Shown in pieces: positions 51,250 through 64,000 of a stretch of 64,000 nucleotides of DNA. Made by a program: the position numbers and the translations under genes. Position 1 is the first letter of the stretch; the number at the start of each line of letters is the position of its first letter. The DNA is from Octopus sinensis. Its lineage: Eukaryota. The stretch lies in NCBI RefSeq assembly GCF_006345805.1, contig NC_042999.1, positions 137,144,001 through 137,208,000 on the forward strand, read 5' to 3'. The notes beneath the pieces are model-generated. The model saw only the letters and a list, made by a program, of their open reading frames with translations. It was not told where the DNA came from and searched no databases.

Positions 51250-51399
51250 TTCTCTCTATCTTTCTCTCTCCATAATCCTTTCACCTCCTTGCATGTTATT
51301 GATTATGGCTGAAAATTACAGGTATGGGAAGTAAATGAAATATGGTAAAACCTAGGGGTCAAATCTGTATTGTGGAGTTGTCATAGCTAAAGGTTAGCA

Positions 51400-51720
51400 C
51401 TATTCTCCAATCCTAACACTTACCCTTATCCTCTTGAATGATAAACTAAATCTTTTCAAGTTTAAATATTGCAAGTTATCAAAGGATACCCATGTTGTTT
51501 GGGTCAGATCAAATAGGATATGAGCTTCCGATTTTCTGAATGGAAAGAGTAAACATTTAAGTAATTAACATCAAGTTTCTGAACTGCAGAGTCACTTTTA
51601 AAAGCATTTGATTATGCATGATTAAACAAACTTTGTCTGGCATGGCTAGCTGCCATTTCAGCTACTGTTGGTATGCTATAAAGCATTGGGAAGTCAATAT
51701 TTGCATTAATTAATCCCTGA
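51400..51720 (+). mobile_element. CR1-group RT fragment
   Basis: Degenerate ...LLKAFDY...NKL (DxxKAFD motif). Confidence 0.4.
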
Positions 51721-52019
51721 AGTGCATAATAAATTAGTGTATTGTAATGTACTTCTTTTTATTTAAATGTGACAGCATAAATACCACTTGTTAAACAAAA
51801 CATTTTGTTTGGTATGTATTATTGTTACATGCAATTTCTCTTTCATATATATATGTGTGTGTGTGTGTAATCTTTTTTTCTGATTCATTCAATGACTTTT
51901 CTGTAACTACATGTCAAAACCTTCATTCCTCACTGCATTGATGCCAGACATTTTGAATACCAGCTTAATTTCCATTTGTTCATCTCTTTCTCTCTCTCTC
52001 TCTCTCTCTCTCCATCTCT

Positions 52020-52129
52020 CTCTTTATATATATATATATCATCATTATCGTTTAACGTTCGCTTTCCATGCTAGCATGGGTTGGACGATTTTGACTGAGG
52101 GCTGGTGAACCAGATGGCTGCACCAGGCT

Positions 52130-52192
<63 letters not shown>

Positions 52193-52200
52193 GTGTGTGT
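52020..52200 (-). mobile_element. Family D (RTE-tail) retroposon end plus long (TA)n
   Basis: catcattatcgtttaacgttcgctttccatgctagcatgggttggacgattttgactgagggctgg, then (TA)n to about 52189. Confidence 0.75.
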
Positions 52201-52779
52201 ATGTATAATCCTTCATTCAAAGGAATGCTATTCTATTCTAGTACTAGCTTTATCTAAACCCAGTACAAATACTGTGCATTTTTTTAAAGCAATAGTAAAA
52301 TGTGTGGAAGTAGAAATAACAAATTGAAAACAAATAATATAGAACTTAGTAGGCAATGTCATGACTAACCATGTTACATTGTTGAATGGAATGAAAAAAT
52401 ATTTAACAAAAGTACTTTTAGTGCCCACTTTACACTGCAACTCTTAATCCTCCCACCAACAATGCTATTTTTTATAAGATAGTATAAGTAGGAGGAGGGA
52501 AGTTATCCATGGCCCTTGCAATTTGAAATTGGTTAGAATGATGCAACAGATGTTCAACTTGGATGCCTATGTATAGGTAAGAAATTATATATGGTTACAA
52601 TTCTGAGGAGAAAGGGTTGAGAAAATTAGAATGGTGCTGCTGCAACATACACAAAAACAGAATCCTAGATAAAGCTATATGACGATTGCCAAAGATCCAC
52701 TCATATATATATGTATGTATGTATGTATGTGTGTGTGTGTGTGTGTGTGTGTTTCCATATGCTGTTTCCTATCTCTGCT

Positions 52780-53100
52780 TTTATTGCTACTACAGTGGTC
52801 TTTGCTCAACTGAGAAATAGGGTAGAAACCAGTAAGATTAATGGAACTGAGTAAAGTGTGTGTAGAGATATCTAGTTCAGTTGCAGAATCCATTGTAGCA
52901 GCAATAAAATCAGGGCTAGGAAACAGCATATGGAAAAATATCTATGAACTAATGATTGCTGTGTGCTGGTGATTGGATCTTTAGCAATCAATTAAATAGC
53001 TTTGAGATTTGTTTTGTACTTGTATGTGTTGTAGCTGCACTGTCTGAGACATGCAAGAACTACTCCATTGTGGATTTTACTTGAGCCTTTTAAGAGTCAG
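52780..53100 (-). mobile_element. CR1/L2-group LINE fragment
   Basis: The reverse strand gives AQVKSTME*...DSAATTH, resembling KAQVRPTMEYCSHxWDxAAxTH. Confidence 0.5.
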
Positions 53101-55739
53101 TAGTATTCTATTGTAATCTTACATGGGCCTTGTAGAGGGTTATCAGTGTTCTAATGTGGTCTTATATGGGTCTTATAGAGGATTGACACTATTCAGTGTG
53201 GAAACTAATCTCTGCTGAACTATTTACTGGTTCTAGAGGATTTTAGTTTTTGTAGTATTGTACTCACAGTGCTTAGTTACAAGTATCTATAGAGCCAGTG
53301 CTTACTCCTAATTATCATAGTTGCAAACTGATTGGAGATATGCTGCTTTCTTGGAGTGGGTGCTACTTAATCACAAAGCTACTTTGTCCTTCAGAAGAAT
53401 TCCAATACTGTAATCTGGCTAATCAACTAATTTCACAATAGTGTTGCTCTTAACTATAGGTAAATTGCAGTACTAATAACGGAACATGGTCAATTGCTAC
53501 ACTCAGATCTCTGTTCCCTCCCTAGCGTTAACATAATGTTATAATTTATTCCAAATATTTTCTTCAAATAAAATAGCACTTTCGTATTTAAATAATGTTT
53601 TTTTTTTAAATTTGTGAAGTTTATCAACAGTACATAATCTGAGTTTTCCCACCCAAAACTAGTCAGTTGATTTAATTTTTGTTTTCCTCTAATTTATAGT
53701 TTTTTTTTCTCAACCTTATTTTGAAGAAATATATATTGCCTTAAACAACAGCAATATTTACATATTCAAAATCTAGTTCATTGTTAGCCTGATATCATCA
53801 CTTAGGCATTCATTAAAAAATGTAAAATGTTGACAAAAGTGAATCATTACAAATTCCTAATGCTATGCAGTACTTTTCATTGGGTTGTTGCAGCATTCTT
53901 GGATACCACCAAAAATTGCCTAGCTATGCATAAGTTATGTCACTAACATAATTTTCCATTTTAATTTTCTTTATGGGCCTTTCTAAACACATGCATGCAT
54001 GTTTATCCGTTACACATGTAAGGTGTCATGCATAATTAATTTCATGTATTGAAAGTTAAAATTAAACTTAATTCTTGTATAAATTAATTGGCAAAACAAT
54101 TTTTAGGATGTTGAGTTTATGCCAAAACATGAACATGGTTTCAGATGTAAATCTATATTGCCTGAAGATATAAACAACTTTCCTGTCTTATTTGTTTAGT
54201 TTCCTAATGTATTAAAAACATATTGAAAAAGTAAATAAGCTTTTAAACATGTAAGTTGTATTTGCAGTAACAGATGACCAAACTGATAGGTACTGGTTAA
54301 TACACCAGACTCTTTGTGTCTAGTCACTGCACTATTTCCATGGATTTAGCTCTTGATTGCTGAATCTAGTTAACTCCAAATATATAGTTATTACTTTTGA
54401 GACCAAGGTTAATTTTGATCAACTAGGTGATGATCAGATGAGATGGTGCCAGCATTTTAGTTGGAACCATCTTATCTTCCATTTTTCAGACATAGCATAA
54501 ATGGGACTACATCATCCAGTGTATCAAAGCCTTTTCTCTTTTTAGACATAAAAGTGATTTGAAGATTTGGCAGCTATTTCTAGAAAATTGATTGACTACA
54601 TATTGACTGCCCCTGTACTGTAATATCAACTCTGGATTTGATGAATGTTTTATAGACTTGCTCTGAGTTTCATTTCCTATGTTAAGGGAAGCTAATCAAG
54701 TACCAGATTTATATCCCTCACCTGCTTATTGCTACATTACTTAGCTTCAGCTTTCAGGAAGATAAACAAGCAAGAACTCAGATGTTGAATAAGCAGACAA
54801 TTGCAGACAGCTAAGAGTTCATTGAATTTTGTTTGGAATTTTAAAAGGTTGCAGAGAGAATGTATAATTAATTACTCAGTTGCATAGTTATTCAGCTACA
54901 TGTTTTTGAACTGAGAGCTGAAACTGGGAAAATTAGTTTGTTGTTAGTTAATTTAGAGAATATATTGATTAGACAGACCTTTCGAAACCTTGGGGTCTAT
55001 AAGAAAAATTTCATTTAAATAACAAGTCTTTGATAGTGAAAAGGTTTGGATCCATAGCACTACAATGAGATACCCCTCTCCAGCGTTAATTTTTGATAAT
55101 TAAAACTTATGAGGCATTTTTTAGCCCCAGGTCAGCTCTGATCAAGTAGTTCTACAATCGAATGTTTTTGCCATGACCTCCTGCCTTATTTTCAGGCAAT
55201 TTTAGGAAACTACATCAGCTTGTTTATCTTTTCTTTTCTAAGATGGTAATGTGTGGTTTGATGGAAAGTTGGTTATCATTTCTGGAAGCCCAAGTGACTG
55301 CTTATAGGCTCTTTATTTTAATATTTCATTTTGTCTTTATTTCAGTTACTCTTTTAACTGTTCCCTTTAGTTTAAAACTTTTAATCTACTCTAGTCAGAG
55401 ATGTAATTGATCCATCCACTTATCTTTCTTCATATATTATTTGCTTCATGTACTGGCATGTTTCTTTTTTTCTTATGACATCCTAAAGTACAAAACAATG
55501 TTAATGTCTTAATCCTATTATTTCAATTGGTTAAATGAAAAAAACAAAATATAAACCTAAAAATAAATTGCTGGCTTAAGAGATAATTTTTAACACATTC
55601 TCAGGATTTTCACTAAGCTGCTTTATAAACTTAAAGCTTATTGAAATAATATAAATAGTTGAGCTGAAGAAAGAGATTGACCATGAAAATATTTATCTTG
55701 GGAATGAATTTGAGTTTATGTAATTTGGTCAAATCTTTC

Positions 55740-55875
55740 CTTTCTCTTTTAATCAAACATATCTTTTAATGAAATCCCCCTATTTCTTTTAATCAAACTC
55801 CAGTCATTTTAATCAAACTACCCTGTTTCTTTTAAAATCATACTATCTTATTTTTAATCAAGCCTCAACTATTTC
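55740..55875. repeat. Degenerate minisatellite of about 22-28 bp with core TTTTAATCAAAC
   Basis: About six imperfect repeats of ...ttttaatcaaac... Confidence 0.75.
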
Positions 55876-56123
55876 TGTTGCATTTTAGGGAAAGACAAAT
55901 TTGTTAGTTATATATTTCATAGAAGAAATATGTTTGTATACTGTTGTATAATATATCAATTGATTATACTCTAATGAACTTGTGGCTTTGTTCTTGTGTA
56001 AGAAATTGTCATCATCATTATTGCAATGATATTGTTAGTATATAATAATGATCACTGGGATAGGTTTAGAGAGAAGTGAAACTAAAATATGATGTCCAAG
56101 TTAACCTGAATATTAGAAATGTA

Positions 56124-56283
56124 CCGTATTTTAATGTGTATAAGGAACCCTTTTTTGTCAAAAATTAGGTTAAAAAATATGGGATTTTCTTTTACATGGA
56201 TAGTATTATAATCCCTTACAAAATCTTTTTCCAAATTTTAAGCCTTCAAAATTAGGGGGTTCCTTATACATGTTAAAATACAG
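56124..56283. mobile_element. pogo/Tigger-like MITE with TA target-site duplication
   Basis: TIRs ccgtattttaatgtgtataaggaaccc / gggttccttatacatgttaaaatacag, flanked by TA on both sides. Confidence 0.85.
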
Positions 56284-57039
56284 TATATCCATGAACTGGA
56301 ATTGGAACTGTTTTGCTGATGCCCTTCCATACATATGTCTTATAACAGTGTCACTACAAATGCTTCTGATTCTCTGATACAAAACTTGATTATAAAGTAT
56401 TCATATCTAAATTTAAGCTGTGATAAATTTGTTATTGCTTTTCATTAGGTTATATTCCAAAACATCAGCTTAATAATGGATGCTATTAGATCTTTCTCAA
56501 TTCTAGATTACTTTTGAAATTAATGAAAATAAATAGGCTATGTATTTCATTTGAAATGTAGTAACAAAAAGGTGACATTGTAATTATAGAAGGTTGTTGA
56601 ACTAACAGCTCTTCAATAAGCAGTGGTGCTTAGCAGTGAACTCAGCAATGAAATACCTAGAATAATTTGGATTATAAACAAAGTCATTAACAAAGACTTT
56701 GCAATAATTAGTAGGTTGTAGAACGACTCTTTCATTCATAAATGTGAAATATTTGAGCACTGGGGAAACTTTACAGCATGGTACTGTTATGTTACACTAC
56801 TTATTAGGAAAACAGTCAAATACTTGTATATATGATAGTCATAGTTATAGAGACATACCATCTACTATAAACATCCTGGTTATTGTTTAGCCCTAGGTCT
56901 TAGCTAGTATTTTGGTTATAAATAATATATGAATGGTTGTTTTCTAACAAACAGGGTTGTTAGGTTAACTAAGAAAACCTTGTGTAATGTAGCTTGAGAA
57001 ACCATCTAGGCAGTGACATATTTCTTAAAGTTTAACTCT

Positions 57040-57240
57040 TAGAATTTCGTTATCATCATTTTTGCATCTGCCGCCTTCATATTCTCCTGGGTTGTGAGGG
57101 ACTTCTTGAGGTAATAATCTACCGCTGGATACCCTTCCCTTGTTTTCCATGTGAAGTATTCCACTGGTCTTTGCACATTAAACTGCCAAGCTACAAAACA
57201 CATTATGTGAGACATAGACATCACTGGTCCTCAAAATGTT
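57040..57240 (-). mobile_element. RTE LINE 3' fragment
   Basis: Degenerate ...F.W.......RPV....TWK.R.G.PA..Y terminus followed by a (GAT)n-like tail. Confidence 0.45.
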
Positions 57241-59801
57241 GTGAGCCTACAAATGTTACTTTCTTCAGACTTTGTCTGGTACCTATCTAACCATTTGAAG
57301 TAAAATATCTATCTCTGGTATTTATTAAAAATTTTGACCTTCATAATCCACCCTACAGAATCTATGAGCTATGCCTAAATCATCAACTCATAACATCCAT
57401 GGTACTTTTATGATTAATTATTGCAGAATAATCAGCTCTTTAGCTTCCTGTTGGTTTTCACTGCAGCCTGAAGTCTTATTTCTTGTAAGGATAGTACTAA
57501 TTTCAGACAATACTTGCAGTTTCTATAACAACCTTTGTTTCCTTGAAAACAACTCACAGTATAAGTATGCTTTATTTACCTTAAAATCAAATTACTGTTA
57601 AATAGAATATATTCAGGCTCACACGTAATAGTAAGCTTTCAAAATTGGTAATTAATGTTTAATTGAAAAACCTGCAAATGTAAACAATTCTTAATTGCTG
57701 ATAATTTTATAATACTTTGTAATGTAAAACTTCAGTTGTTGAGACATTTGATATTTAGTCTGTTTAGATCAATTCAGCTTGAGTGAACCTACCAAAAGCA
57801 AAGTGTTTCTTTAGCATAGCTCTGAGAACCACAGAGGCATGGAAAACTGTCATGCTATGATAATCTGAAGATAGTAGACTGTTAACAAACCCTTTGACAT
57901 TGATGATGATAATGACCAATGATCCATCTGTTTTGATAATGGACATTGAGTTGTTTAATTAACTGAACTACCTTGTTAAATAAACATGTGGCTGTGCATC
58001 TCATATCATTAGTATGATGCAGTATTTTAGAGACAGATCTTTTGAATTGCATGTACAATCCATCCAGTGAGCTTCCACACAGTTTCTGTTTACTTAATTT
58101 CACTCACAGAGGCTTGAAGGTTGTGGTAAAAGACATCTGCCCAAGATTCCAGATATTTAGATTGAACCTTATGTCTCATGATTGCATAGCAAACTTAGCT
58201 ACTTGGCTATACTTGTATTCATACAACTATGAGAAATAAATATAGGAAGTTAGTAGAACAGTGGTCTAAACACCAGAGTATTTGTGTCTCCTTTCACTTC
58301 AAGCTAAAATTCTTTCTTGTCGTGCAAGTTGCTTAATGACCTCATTAGTGCTGGTGGCATGAAAAAAGCACCTAGTACACACTTTTAAGTGGTTGGTGTT
58401 AGGAAAGGTATCCAGCCATAAAAACCATACCAAAGCTGACTGTAGTCCTGTGGCTCACCACATCCTGTTAAACCATTCAATCCTTGTCAAAATTGGAAAA
58501 CCAATGTTAAATAATGAGGAATTTGATTTTTAGATTTGATCCCACTGCATGGAACCTTGAACAAGTGTATTTAGCTTCAGCACAATTTTGTAAAGCTTTG
58601 TAAGTACAGCTTGATAGTCTTTTGCATAATTTCTATTCTATCAGCACAACTGATCTTGGATGGCAAACTTTTCATCACCCATTTTAATGCACCCAGCTGG
58701 CCCTTCGGTTCCTATAGTGGAGCTGCATTCTGTTGCAAGTATTTATATGTCACTAGCGTGAGAATAACTTCCTTCTCACCTTTCTCCCATCTTGGAAGCC
58801 CTTTTTTGAGAAAGGACTATGTCCATAGTCATAAAAGCAAAGCTAAACAAAACAAGTACCAGGCATGTATCCTTTCAGTGAAAGTGTTAGCTTTATGCTA
58901 AAATCGCATATGTACTTTATTTACTAAATGCCACTACTTAGCCTTATTCTGTGCCTCTCTACATATTATGTTCCAGTATGTACTTCCTTTCATATTGTCC
59001 ATATTTATAGATTAGTGGTTGTAGCAGAAACCGTCTTTACCAAGAAACTCTCTGCTTCATTGGTGGCAGACTAATGATTCATTGATTTTGTAGATTGATA
59101 AGCCAGCAGCATTCTAATAAACTAACTATATATAACTATTTTCAGAAACTTCATGTTTAACAACAAAAACAAAGAAAAAATCATTGATATATTCTGGAAA
59201 TTGTTGTTAATCTCTAAGTTAGTCTTGGTTGAGCAGATCTAAGATCAAAGGCATTCTATCTCTTGTCTTAAGGATACATACAACTACATTATCCATGTCT
59301 CCCTTTTTCATAAAAATAAAGGATGACTTGAAGGAAAGTTGGTTGCTATTTCTAGTGGTTCAGGTGGCCATACAAAGGATTCTTCAGCTTACTACTGATG
59401 ATGTTTCATACAAAGTTGGAGAGATTGTAATATAATTAATTACACAAATGTAAAATAGATAAGCACTCTTAGGAATTAGCATACAATGTAAATTGTCGAT
59501 GGTTTATCAGAAAATGTACTGTTACTTTCAGTCACAATAATTAGGTTAGAACTATTGTTTGTGCTCTTGCATGTGTGTGCATGAATGAGCATGCATGTTT
59601 CTGTGTGTATGCATATTTTTGTGTGTATCTGAAAGAATGAGGTAGAGGATAATGATTGTATATTGCTTTCTCCATGATATAATCAAAGGCCAGAAGTGGA
59701 GTGAATAACACTAGCTAAAATCTAAATTGAATGGACGAAGTTTTGTAACCTACTACCATTCCTGTTGAAAACAACAGGGTCTGTTTCTCTCCATGTAAAA
59801 G

Positions 59802-59847
<46 letters not shown>

Positions 59848-59959
59848 AAATAATATACTGTTACACAGAAGTGAGATATTGATTGTAAAATATGGGGAAT
59901 CTTAGCAGAAATAATAATTTGAATGTCACTGAGAAGATGGACAATGTTAATTTATCAGA

Positions 59960-60260
59960 AGAACTGTGCTTGTTTTTGTTTCTTTGTTTTATTGCTTGTT
60001 CAGAGGAGGAGGTACAGTAAGTACTCTAGACATTATGTAGGCCTTCCAAGACTGGTATGATTGATACAGTTGATCAATCTTAAGTATTCCAGCTTGAACA
60101 TTTTGAAGTCAGCATCTGCAGGGACAGGGTGAGCAAAGCAGTTCCAGAAGATAAATGTTCTTGGAACAAATTATTATTTCACCTACGGAAGGAGAGCAGT
60201 GTTGGCCCTTCCAAACAGGAAAAGACTTAAACCCTTTTGTTATCATATTTCTGTTGAGAT
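59960..60260 (-). mobile_element. CR1/L2-group LINE 3' end with A-rich tail
   Basis: The reverse strand gives ...NSFVPRTFIFWNCF...FK.-like terminus. The T-rich stretch at about 59965-60000 corresponds to the tail. Confidence 0.5.
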
Positions 60261-61219
60261 ACTGTGTTTCTTCCAATTAATTTTAAATATAACAAAGAAT
60301 TTAGTAATTTAACTTAGTTATCATTAAGCTAACATTAGGAACATAAATTGCAACCAAGGTTTGGTAGAAGATTTTAAATTAGAACTTTTGAAAACAAGAC
60401 GTTTGTGCTACAGAGCTAGAGGCAGTTTCAGCCAGGTTATTATCAAAAGCATCAAGGAGGTTATTTACTTTTAACTATTGCAAGTGGAAGTAAAGAGGAA
60501 GTTTTAGTCTTACAGAACAGAGATTGAATAAAATGCTTAGCATTTAGATCTAAATTGGGCAAAACTTGTACATACAAGTCAGCTATAACCATCTGCTCAT
60601 TTATTTTATTTCATCTTCTTTAGAGATATGTGACTTTATCTATCCTTCCTTATTTAAGACAGTAAGGTATAACTTAAAGGAGTTATGGCTACTATTTTTA
60701 GCAGATCAAGCAACTACTTAGAGACTCCTTTTACTCAAGATTAATTCAGTAATAACAGAACACAGAATGCTGGTGGAGTAGTGTCATTTGTGTGTTGGTA
60801 AATGAAATGTATTTGTGTGTGTGTGTAACTCTTGATTCTTGTGTGTGTGTGGCATCTGGTTGCCTAACCCCAGATATATAAGTAGTATTCCATTATGGTA
60901 TAGATGTGTCTTGAAGTGGTTCAGTAACTATTCATAGTTTTCTTTTTAGCTCACTTAAGCTAGGAAAATAAGTTATTGGCAGATGCTGATTTTGTCCTGC
61001 CTCTTTTTAACAGAATTCACTATTCAGAAAATTATTCTAACATTTTTCTTTTTTTTTCTTTTCTTTTCTTACTGTGTCAAGTATATTAAGTTTTTATGCA
61101 GCAGGCATCCTTGGGTATTTTTTCCAGTCATTCTCTTAAGTTATATATAACGATCTGTGTTAATTTGCCAAAAATGTTATATATTTCTCTCATAACAGTT
61201 TAGCAGTTTGACCATGCTT

Positions 61220-61427
61220 CACTGAGGAGGTCCAGTAAGACTGAAACATATCAGGAGTTATATTGCTAAAGATCACTCATTTCCTCATTACATTCTTTAA
61301 TGATAATTTTGGCAGTCTCTTCCCTCCACTGAGGAGGTCCAGTAAGACTGAAACATATCAGGAGTTATATTGCTAAAGATCACTCATTTCTTCATTACAT
61401 TCTTTAATGATAATTTTGGCAGTCTCT
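61220..61427. repeat. Recent 107-bp-period tandem duplication
   Basis: 61220-61320 and 61327-61427 are identical except for one C/T difference. Confidence 0.95.
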
Positions 61428-63122
61428 CCACTCTGCATTTTTTTTTTCACTAGAACAAGTTATTTAGCAAATGACTGAAAACAATTATTTAGCATTTATG
61501 CAGTAGTTCACTTTACTACAAATGAAAGCAAGGTTACACAGCTTTTAGAAAGTAATACAAACAAATGATGCTGACTGGTTGAAAGGCATTGTGATTTCTT
61601 AATGTTATAGAAGACCAAAGGCAATGGAAATTAAAAATTTTTCTTACATGTTTCATGTTGTTTTACAACAATTTCAACTATCCTGTAACTGATATTGAAG
61701 ATGAAAACTTTTGCCCTTTTTAATGATAACTACTTAGTTGTTAGTTATTTTCGGTGATATTTTAAACTGGAATTGAGCAAAGTAATGTGTCTTGTCTTGA
61801 GGCATAAAGCAATGCTTTTATAAAGTTTTTGACCTTGCAACATACAGCAGAAATCAACCCATGAGCTAATAATTATCAATTATATTTCAACGAAAGAAAA
61901 GATAAGGAAAATGAGAGAAAGAAAAAACTGGATTAAATGAATAATGGCTAATTGAAGTAAATATAGTTTCAAGTCTTTTAACATTAAAATTTTTTACCTA
62001 TGCTATTTTTATTTATCTAATCTTTAGTTTATATTGAGTGTGGTAGATAGTTATGGTATTATTTTCATTCTTACTCTTTAGCAAAACATGTATATCTGTC
62101 AAGATATATAAAAAAGGGATTTATTTCTTCTCTTTAATGATTTTTTTTTTATGTTTGTCGATGAACCACTTAAAATAATTAGCCATCTAAAAAGAAAATA
62201 AGGAAAATGTTTTAAAGACATTTAGATTATCGATTGTTCAATATACTTTGATAGAATTACTTTCAAATATTTAAATGTAGAGACATCAATCTTAGTAACA
62301 ACACATAGCAAAGCCAAACATCGAGAACATTTCAAAAATTCTTTGATTGCATTCATAATTGCATGGATTTACATACATAGATACATACATTGTGTGCATG
62401 TGTGTGTGTGAGTGTGGGGGAGGCTACACAGCTGCTGAATCACTGTTATTTAGTTTCTCACTTGATATGATCCATCAGGTGACAACATCAATTTGTTGAG
62501 GAAGAATCTGAGTAGTGATAGTGAATCGTCAGCTTCATAGGAAAAAAAAAAAAAAGAAAATTTACATGTAATGAGAGCTCTTTCTCCCACATTTGTTAAT
62601 ACACACACACATATACACACACAGTATATCTAGTTCATGATGATGATGCTGATATACACATACACAGTATATATAGTTCAATATATGATACAGTAAAATA
62701 CAATATAAATAATTCTGTAATTTTTTATAGTGTTCATTCAATGAAAACAAGGTGGAAGGGGCTTTCTTGTCTTGTTGCAGGCAATCACTTTAGTGCAATA
62801 GCTTGATAAAATAAACCTACTTCCTAGACTGGTGGCAGGAAAGGCATCCAGCCACAATAAAAGAAAAATGTAATGAAAATTCATGACATACACAACAGAC
62901 TGATGGGTGCCTCTGTTGCTGTATGGCAGATGAACTGTTCTGAGTGGTGAGGCATTGCGGGATCTGTCCAACCTATACCACCATGAAAAATGGATGCAAA
63001 ATGATGGAAGTGATATTAAGTTGTACAAGATTCTGCAAGTACATATTGAATATTATAGTGTTTATGAGACACAAAATGTGTCTTACCACATTGATCAAAC
63101 CGTGTATGTGTATATTTCCACA

Positions 63123-64000
63123 TAGTTAGTTAGTTAGTTAATTTTTTGGCTCAAAAAGCAAAAAAGCAAGGCCATGTAGGGGGACATGGAGCTATGTACA
63201 GGGTGGTGTTCATGTAAAGAGTTCAGGCCACTTGTGGTCAAGGGAGACTTTGAACCGAGCGGTCGTCGGCATCTTCACCATCTCGTCTGGCAGCTTATTC
63301 CACGGATCCGCAACCCAGACGGAGAAAGCCCCTCTCCTTCGATTGAGATGAAATCGTCGCAGATAGAGCTTTTCGGAATGACCCCGCAGCCGACGCTCTG
63401 GAGCAGGAGTGAAGAACAGCTCCTTTGAGAGGTTACACTTTCCACTTATGATGTGAGCAAGAATGAGATCACCACGGCGTCGTTGTTTTTCTAGAGAATA
63501 TAGGTCGAGCGTCTTCAGCCTTTCTTCATAAGACAAACTCTTGAGACCAAGAACCATGCGGGTAGCCAGCTTCTGGACTCTTTCGAGATGCTGTATGTCT
63601 TTGAGGAGATAAGGAGAAGAGGCTTGAATCCCGTACTCCAATATGGGTCTCGCCAGCGTGACATAGAACGGTAAGAATATGGCTGCTGTGAGCATTCCGA
63701 ATGACCGTCGAATCAAGAACAGAACTCCGCATGCTTTGTTGGCAGCATGGACACACTGGGCTGAAGGCGAAAAGGAGGAATCCACCAAGATACCCAGGTC
63801 CTTTACCTGATCGGTCCTCTCCAGCAGCAGATGACCTGGCTCGAAATCAAGTTGAGTTGCAGGAGGAGAGCCAACAGGCAGATGACAGCATTTTGACACG
63901 TTCAGACACAGGTCCCATTCGTTAGACCATCTCCAAATTTGGTGGAGGCATCGACGAAGATCCTCTATATCACCGCGAGTAGCGACCAGTTTGACATCGT
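63123..64000 (-). mobile_element. Young CR1-clade LINE: RT C-terminal half, short 3' UTR and (TAAC)n tail; continues beyond the window
   Basis: The frame is open from the window edge (DDVKLV, the RT xADD motif) through VKDLGILVD, RPILEYG, LERVQKLATRMV, LSYEERL, RRRGDLI, LRGH and WNKLP to TGA at 63210. The tail tagttagttagttagtta lies at 63123-63140. Confidence 0.95.

Noticed and set aside
60004-60016. 13-nt microexon candidate with a strong pyrimidine tract and gtaagt donor
   Set aside because: The pyrimidine tract is the antisense A-rich tail of a CR1/L2 3' end, and the length is not a multiple of 3.

Overview
AT-rich, CpG-depleted animal genomic DNA. Its repeat families (tRNA-derived Meta- and CORE-type SINEs, RTE LINE tails, a Tc1/mariner relic) look like those of Octopus; this species call is from recall, not a search. 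The only confidently coding host sequence is one 138-nt exon on the + strand (47079-47216). It encodes [46 protein letters not shown], equivalent to exon 2 of NKAIN (Na+/K+-ATPase-interacting protein). I found neither exon 1 nor exon 3, so the window is probably mostly two very large NKAIN introns. These are filled with SINEs, decayed RTE/CR1/Tx1/R4/Gypsy fragments, MITEs, Helitron-like units, microsatellites and one young CR1 that runs off the right edge. No new multi-gene system is evident. The best leads are several long intronic fold-back structures (candidate ADAR substrates), a GC-rich young CR1, a Helitron-like tandem array carrying an RFX X-box and a CCAAT box, and a few weak orphan exon candidates.
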